The notes below the pieces were generated by a model that saw only the letters and a list, made by a program, of their open reading frames with translations, did not search any database and was not told the origin of the DNA. 64,000 nt of DNA from positions 1 through 64,000 of IMG/VR virus record IMGVR_UViG_3300012165_000002; one strand, written 5' to 3'. Positions 60,338 through 64,000 of this stretch are shown here, one piece after another. This DNA is from a virus. The translations under genes and the position numbers were made by a program. Position 1 is the stretch's first letter. Each line of letters begins with the position of its first letter.

Positions 60338-60469
60338 AAATATTTTTTTAAAATCTGTTGATAAATTAAATATTATAGTGTATCAACACAAATAGAAATT
60401 ATATTGGATTTGAAAATGATAAAGTATATTTTGATATTGCTAAAAACAGAATAAAGGGAGGATAATACT

Positions 60470-60691
60470 ATGGAATTTTGGACTTCGGAAAATCAAAAAG
60501 ATAAAATTTTAAAATGGGAAAATATGACTAAAAAAGATTTAATAAAAAGTTTATTAGAATATGATAAAAAATTATTTTATGCAGAAGAAAAAATTGCAAA
60601 TAGAGATGAAAGAATTGGAAGACAAAGTAATGATATATTTAGAGCAAATCATAATGGTAGAAGTAGAGACGATATTTATTATAAGGATTAA
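60470..60691 (+). CDS. Hypothetical protein (73 aa)
   Basis: AAAGGGAGGATAATACT RBS. Confidence 0.6.
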   Translation: MEFWTSENQKDKILKWENMTKKDLIKSLLEYDKKLFYAEEKIANRDERIGRQSNDIFRANHNGRSRDDIYYKD

Positions 60692-60705
60692 TAAAGGAGG
60701 AAAAC

Positions 60706-62013
60706 ATGTATAATTATAACTGGAGTCCAGTTTATAATTTAGTTATGCAAATCAAGTATGAATATATTGAAAAATTTGGAAATATAAATTATGAGCAAAC
60801 CGAAAACCAAACTTGCTTGGAGATTTGGATTGAGAAACTAAATAACAAAAAATATTTAGATATTTTTAAATACATTCAAGTGAATCAAAAAGATACAAAA
60901 GTATTAATCAGATATGGGAATTATGCCGACGTGTTTGGCGGCGAAGAAGATATTACATCTGATAAATTTTGGGCTATGCACGACGGATTTTATACAGAAT
61001 GCAGAAGTATAACGATTGATTTGCAATTAGAAATTATTTTACTATCTGGATTCAAAAAATTCAAGAACCTAAATGAAGGAGCCGAGAATCAGTTAAATGT
61101 TATTCTTGAAGAAATTGAAACTGCAAAAAATATTGAAATAACCAACAAATTAGATGGAAGTCTTCAATTGGCACGTTATATTTGGATGTATGGCAAAATA
61201 TTTATGTCTGGCTCACAAGCAATTGATGTTGATAAATCATGGAGATTGCAAGACGGATACAATATGCTATTATCAGATAACAATTACAAAACTATGCTGA
61301 TAGAGCATCCAAGCTTAACTTTTATATTCGAATTTATTAGCATGAAAGATGCACATGTTGTTAATTATCAAAAAGAGCAAGAGGGTTTATATTTGATTGG
61401 AATGAGGAATGTGTATACTGGAGAACAATTTTCCTATAAAAAAGTAAAAGAGTTTGCCGATAAATATAATGTAAAAACAACTGAGATATTCAATAAAACG
61501 TTTGATGAAGTTTTGGAGGATGTTAAGACTAAAAAATCTAATGAAGCCGAGGGATTCGTGATTGATATTGAAAATCAAGATGGATATGTTCATAAGATAA
61601 AAGTCAAGGTCGATGATTACATTGCAATACACCGGATTCTATCTAAAATATCCTCTATAAACCTGATTATCAAATCAATTGCGCTGGATTCGTTTGATGA
61701 TTTAATTTCTAAAATTCCAGAATCTTACCGCGACAGAGTATATAAAGTTGCAAATGTCGTTCTTGACTATATAAGAAACATGGATAAGAACGTAAAAGAA
61801 TACTTTAGCGAGGCTCCAAAGGATACAAAGAAAAATTTTATGATATATGTTGATGCGAATGTACCTGTTGAATATCGGGGATATGTTAAAAATTTATATC
61901 TAGGAAAGAAAAATAATTATATTATGGGTGGAAGTGAAAAATGTCCATCGTTCAAGACTTTGAAAGAGATTGGAATTGAAAATTATTCTGAAATATTTGA
62001 ATTGGAGGAATGA
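60706..62013 (+). CDS. Rnl1-family (T4 RnlA-like) RNA ligase
   Basis: Motif I NKLDGSL. Motifs IV-V AEGFVIDIENQDGYVHKIKVKVDDY, compared with my memory of T4 Rnl1 EGYV..HFKIKSDWY. Size and extra N- and C-terminal regions fit Rnl1. Confidence 0.7.
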   Translation: MYNYNWSPVYNLVMQIKYEYIEKFGNINYEQTENQTCLEIWIEKLNNKKYLDIFKYIQVNQKDTKVLIRYGNYADVFGGEEDITSDKFWAMHDGFYTECRSITIDLQLEIILLSGFKKFKNLNEGAENQLNVILEEIETAKNIEITNKLDGSLQLARYIWMYGKIFMSGSQAIDVDKSWRLQDGYNMLLSDNNYKTMLIEHPSLTFIFEFISMKDAHVVNYQKEQEGLYLIGMRNVYTGEQFSYKKVKEFADKYNVKTTEIFNKTFDEVLEDVKTKKSNEAEGFVIDIENQDGYVHKIKVKVDDYIAIHRILSKISSINLIIKSIALDSFDDLISKIPESYRDRVYKVANVVLDYIRNMDKNVKEYFSEAPKDTKKNFMIYVDANVPVEYRGYVKNLYLGKKNNYIMGGSEKCPSFKTLKEIGIENYSEIFELEE

Positions 62014-62735
62014 AATTGATAAAATATATTCACGGCTCAGAAGATAGTATTGATTTAGATATTTATTATGTATTTGATGAAATGCCTGAATTTAAAGAAT
62101 GCCAAGAGTTTTGTTCTTCTAAAATTGAAAATAGAAATATTATTGTTATTAAAAATGGAATTGTTGTAGAGTGCTTTAAAGGGCCGACGGACGAAGTAAA
62201 CAACAGTTTGTTGGACACATATAATTTACATCAACAAGAATGCCCATTATTAATCACAAAAAGACTTTCAAGGGATGTTTTGATTAAAGATTTAAGAGCA
62301 TTAAGAGGAATGATTTCATACTTATCAAGAACAGAATATAGGACAATTGTAAAGAAAGCATTAAAAGGAAATTTCACAGACAGATTAAATGTCATGAAGA
62401 ATGTGAATTTCAATGTTTTGTTAGAGCAAGAGTTGAGCAAGACTTTTAACTTGAAAGATATATTGAAAGTTTATGCTTTTCAATTAGGTCAGTCGCTTGG
62501 ATTGCACAGAGAAAAAGAATTGTATACAAAAACAGATATTGCAAATGAGTTTGCTGAACTTAAACCGTTTTTATATAGACATGATGATTTTGATTTGAAT
62601 GACTTGGTTGATTATATTGAAATGTTTACTGACGTTTTGGATACGTACAATATTGAGGAGCTAGATAATAATATAACATTTTTCAAGGATTTAAATAGAA
62701 AAATCAATATAAAAAATGAAAAGGATGTGATATAA
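62010..62735 (+). CDS. Hypothetical protein (241 aa); possible minimal nucleotidyltransferase-fold protein (weak)
   Basis: N-terminal IHGSEDSIDLDIYYV loosely resembles the GS..DxD signature of Pol-beta-type nucleotidyltransferases. Translationally coupled on both sides (ATGA, TAATG). Confidence 0.3.
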   Translation: MKLIKYIHGSEDSIDLDIYYVFDEMPEFKECQEFCSSKIENRNIIVIKNGIVVECFKGPTDEVNNSLLDTYNLHQQECPLLITKRLSRDVLIKDLRALRGMISYLSRTEYRTIVKKALKGNFTDRLNVMKNVNFNVLLEQELSKTFNLKDILKVYAFQLGQSLGLHREKELYTKTDIANEFAELKPFLYRHDDFDLNDLVDYIEMFTDVLDTYNIEELDNNITFFKDLNRKINIKNEKDVI

Positions 62736-63655
62736 TGGATAAAGCGACGTTAATCGTAATGTGTGGGCTTCCGGCGAGCGGAAAATCTACTCAATCTAAA
62801 ATATTATCAGAAAAATTTAATGCCAAAATTCATGCGTCAGACGAAATCCGAAAAGAATTAAACATAACAGAAGAAACAAAAGAAAGTAATGCTGAAGTTT
62901 TTCAGTTGCTGCATAGTAGAATTAAGGGCGATTTAAAAAATGGAAAAAATGTGATATATGATGCAACAAATATAAATTATAAGAGACGCATGAATTTTTT
63001 GAAAGAATTGAGCAGAATAGATTGTGAAAAGATATGTTATTTTATGGCAACGCCTTATGAGGATTGCGTTAAGAATAATAACAAAAGAGAAAGTGGCATT
63101 CCAGAACATGTTATTAAGAGAATGTATAAGAATATTTATATTCCACAATATTTTGAGGGATGGGATAATATACGAATTATTTGGAATTTTAAAGAAAACG
63201 ACTTCAATGTATGGTCTTTATTTGATAAACTAGATTATATCAGTCAAGACAATCCCCATCACAGTCTGACAATCGGAGAGCACTGTCGTGAATGTTGTAA
63301 AAATATTGGGTCAGATGGCAAAGATAATTTATTGCTGTCTGCATTATTACATGATAGCGGAAAAGCATTTTGTAAGGATTTTAAAAATTCAAAAGGAGAA
63401 ATAACAGAACACGCGCATTTTTTTCAGCATCATTTGGTTTCTGCATATATGGCATTATTTTATTTAGAAGGAGAGCATAAAATTGCCAATAATGAGATGC
63501 TTGAAATTTGTAAGCTTATCACTTGGCACATGCAACCTCATTTTATTGAAACAGACAAACAGATTAATAAATACAAAAAATTATTGGGAGAAGAATTCTG
63601 GAATGACCTTATGATTTTGCATGAGGCTGACATTAAGGCTAAAAATAAAAATTAA
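62735..63655 (+). CDS. Bifunctional end-healing enzyme: P-loop polynucleotide 5'-kinase domain fused to an HD phosphohydrolase domain
   Basis: N-terminus VMCGLPASGKST (Walker A), ASDEIR, IYDATN. C-terminus NPHHSLTIGEH, LLHDSGK, FQHHL, LHEADIKA (H..HD..H..D layout). Confidence 0.7.
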   Translation: MDKATLIVMCGLPASGKSTQSKILSEKFNAKIHASDEIRKELNITEETKESNAEVFQLLHSRIKGDLKNGKNVIYDATNINYKRRMNFLKELSRIDCEKICYFMATPYEDCVKNNNKRESGIPEHVIKRMYKNIYIPQYFEGWDNIRIIWNFKENDFNVWSLFDKLDYISQDNPHHSLTIGEHCRECCKNIGSDGKDNLLLSALLHDSGKAFCKDFKNSKGEITEHAHFFQHHLVSAYMALFYLEGEHKIANNEMLEICKLITWHMQPHFIETDKQINKYKKLLGEEFWNDLMILHEADIKAKNKN

Positions 63656-63660
63656 TTTTC

Positions 63661-63716
63661 AAAGACTATTGACATTCTTTCACTATTGTAGTATAGTAAA
63701 GATGTCAATGGTCTTT
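63661..63716 (+). promoter_or_regulatory. SigA-type promoter embedded in a 15-bp inverted repeat
   Basis: TTGACA (63669-63674), 17-nt spacer, TATAGT (63692-63697). Arms AAAGACTATTGACAT (63661-63675) / ATGTCAATGGTCTTT (63702-63716), one mismatch. Confidence 0.65.
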
Positions 63717-63736
63717 TAATATAAGGAGGAACGAAT

Positions 63737-64000
63737 ATGGAATTAAATATCGGAATTGACGATTATGAAAAAATATCAAAACAAATAGCAAAAGATGTAA
63801 TAGATAAGATTGGAATTTCTCAGCTTAGAAATGAAGTTGTGAATATGATTTGTAAAGAAATTAAGGCAGAGATAATGGGTGATAAAGAAACACAGTTAAG
63901 AATTGAAGATATATTTAAGAGATGTGAAAAATCAATAGATGATAGGATTCATAATAGTATAACTAAAAAACTTAATAATTTGGATTTTCAGATTAAATTG
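63737..64000 (+). CDS. Hypothetical protein (5' part; continues beyond the right edge)
   Basis: ATG 63737 behind TAAGGAGGAACGAAT; open frame to the window end (88 codons). Confidence 0.6.
   Translation, partial: MELNIGIDDYEKISKQIAKDVIDKIGISQLRNEVVNMICKEIKAEIMGDKETQLRIEDIFKRCEKSIDDRIHNSITKKLNNLDFQIKL

Noticed and set aside
62010-62735. 2H (2',3'-cyclic phosphodiesterase / LigT-like) assignment for the middle gene of the repair cassette
   Set aside because: Only one H-x-(S/T)-like tetrapeptide (HGSE) is present and a second is missing. I kept it as an unknown with a weak nucleotidyltransferase-like motif.
1-64000. Alternative genetic code (TGA or TAG reassignment), considered because of the missing canonical starts and AUN start candidates
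   Set aside because: Very long ORFs (924, 1085 and 656 aa) are intact under the standard bacterial code, and genes end at all three stop codons with sensible spacing to the next RBS. There is no sign of in-frame TGA or TAG inside conserved domains.

Overview
All calls below come from reading the sequence and the ORF track by eye and from remembered family motifs. No database or folding search was run. The window looks like part of a large tailed-phage or prophage genome from a low-GC Firmicutes-type host: AT-rich, densely packed, with GGAGG-type ribosome-binding sites. It has two divergent arms.

Bases 1-27754 are read leftwards. This arm carries:
- a tail-fibre-like gene running off the left edge
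- odd Gly/Cys-rich and Gln-rich proteins
- a GIY-YIG homing endonuclease
- tRNA-Asn and tRNA-Tyr
- an HU-like protein and a metallophosphoesterase
- a YonO-like single-subunit RNA polymerase (NGADFDSDQ motif)
- dUTPase, a class II ribonucleotide reductase interrupted by a LAGLIDADG intein, and dCMP deaminase
- an ATP-grasp-like protein and an SF2-helicase-like ATPase

Bases 31417-64000 are read rightwards. This arm holds about 90 mostly small early-type genes, plus:
- an amidoligase / class-II-amidotransferase / amidoligase trio
- a SprT-like protease
- a MazF-like toxin with no visible antitoxin
- a tyrosine recombinase
- an Rnl2-like RNA ligase interrupted by a second intein
- an Rnl1-like ligase with a kinase-HD end-healing cassette

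Between the arms (about 27.75-31.4 kb) lies a visibly G+C-richer, mostly non-coding hub. It contains a 144-nt C-free tract mirrored by a 187-nt G-free tract, many short repeats, and one gene for a sigma-70-region-4/LuxR-like HTH protein. Two plus-strand islands inside the minus arm carry a 5S-rRNA-like sequence and small peptide genes.

The candidates I rank highest for follow-up are the amidoligase trio, the 5S-like element, the mirrored C-free/G-free hub and the RNA-repair cassette.
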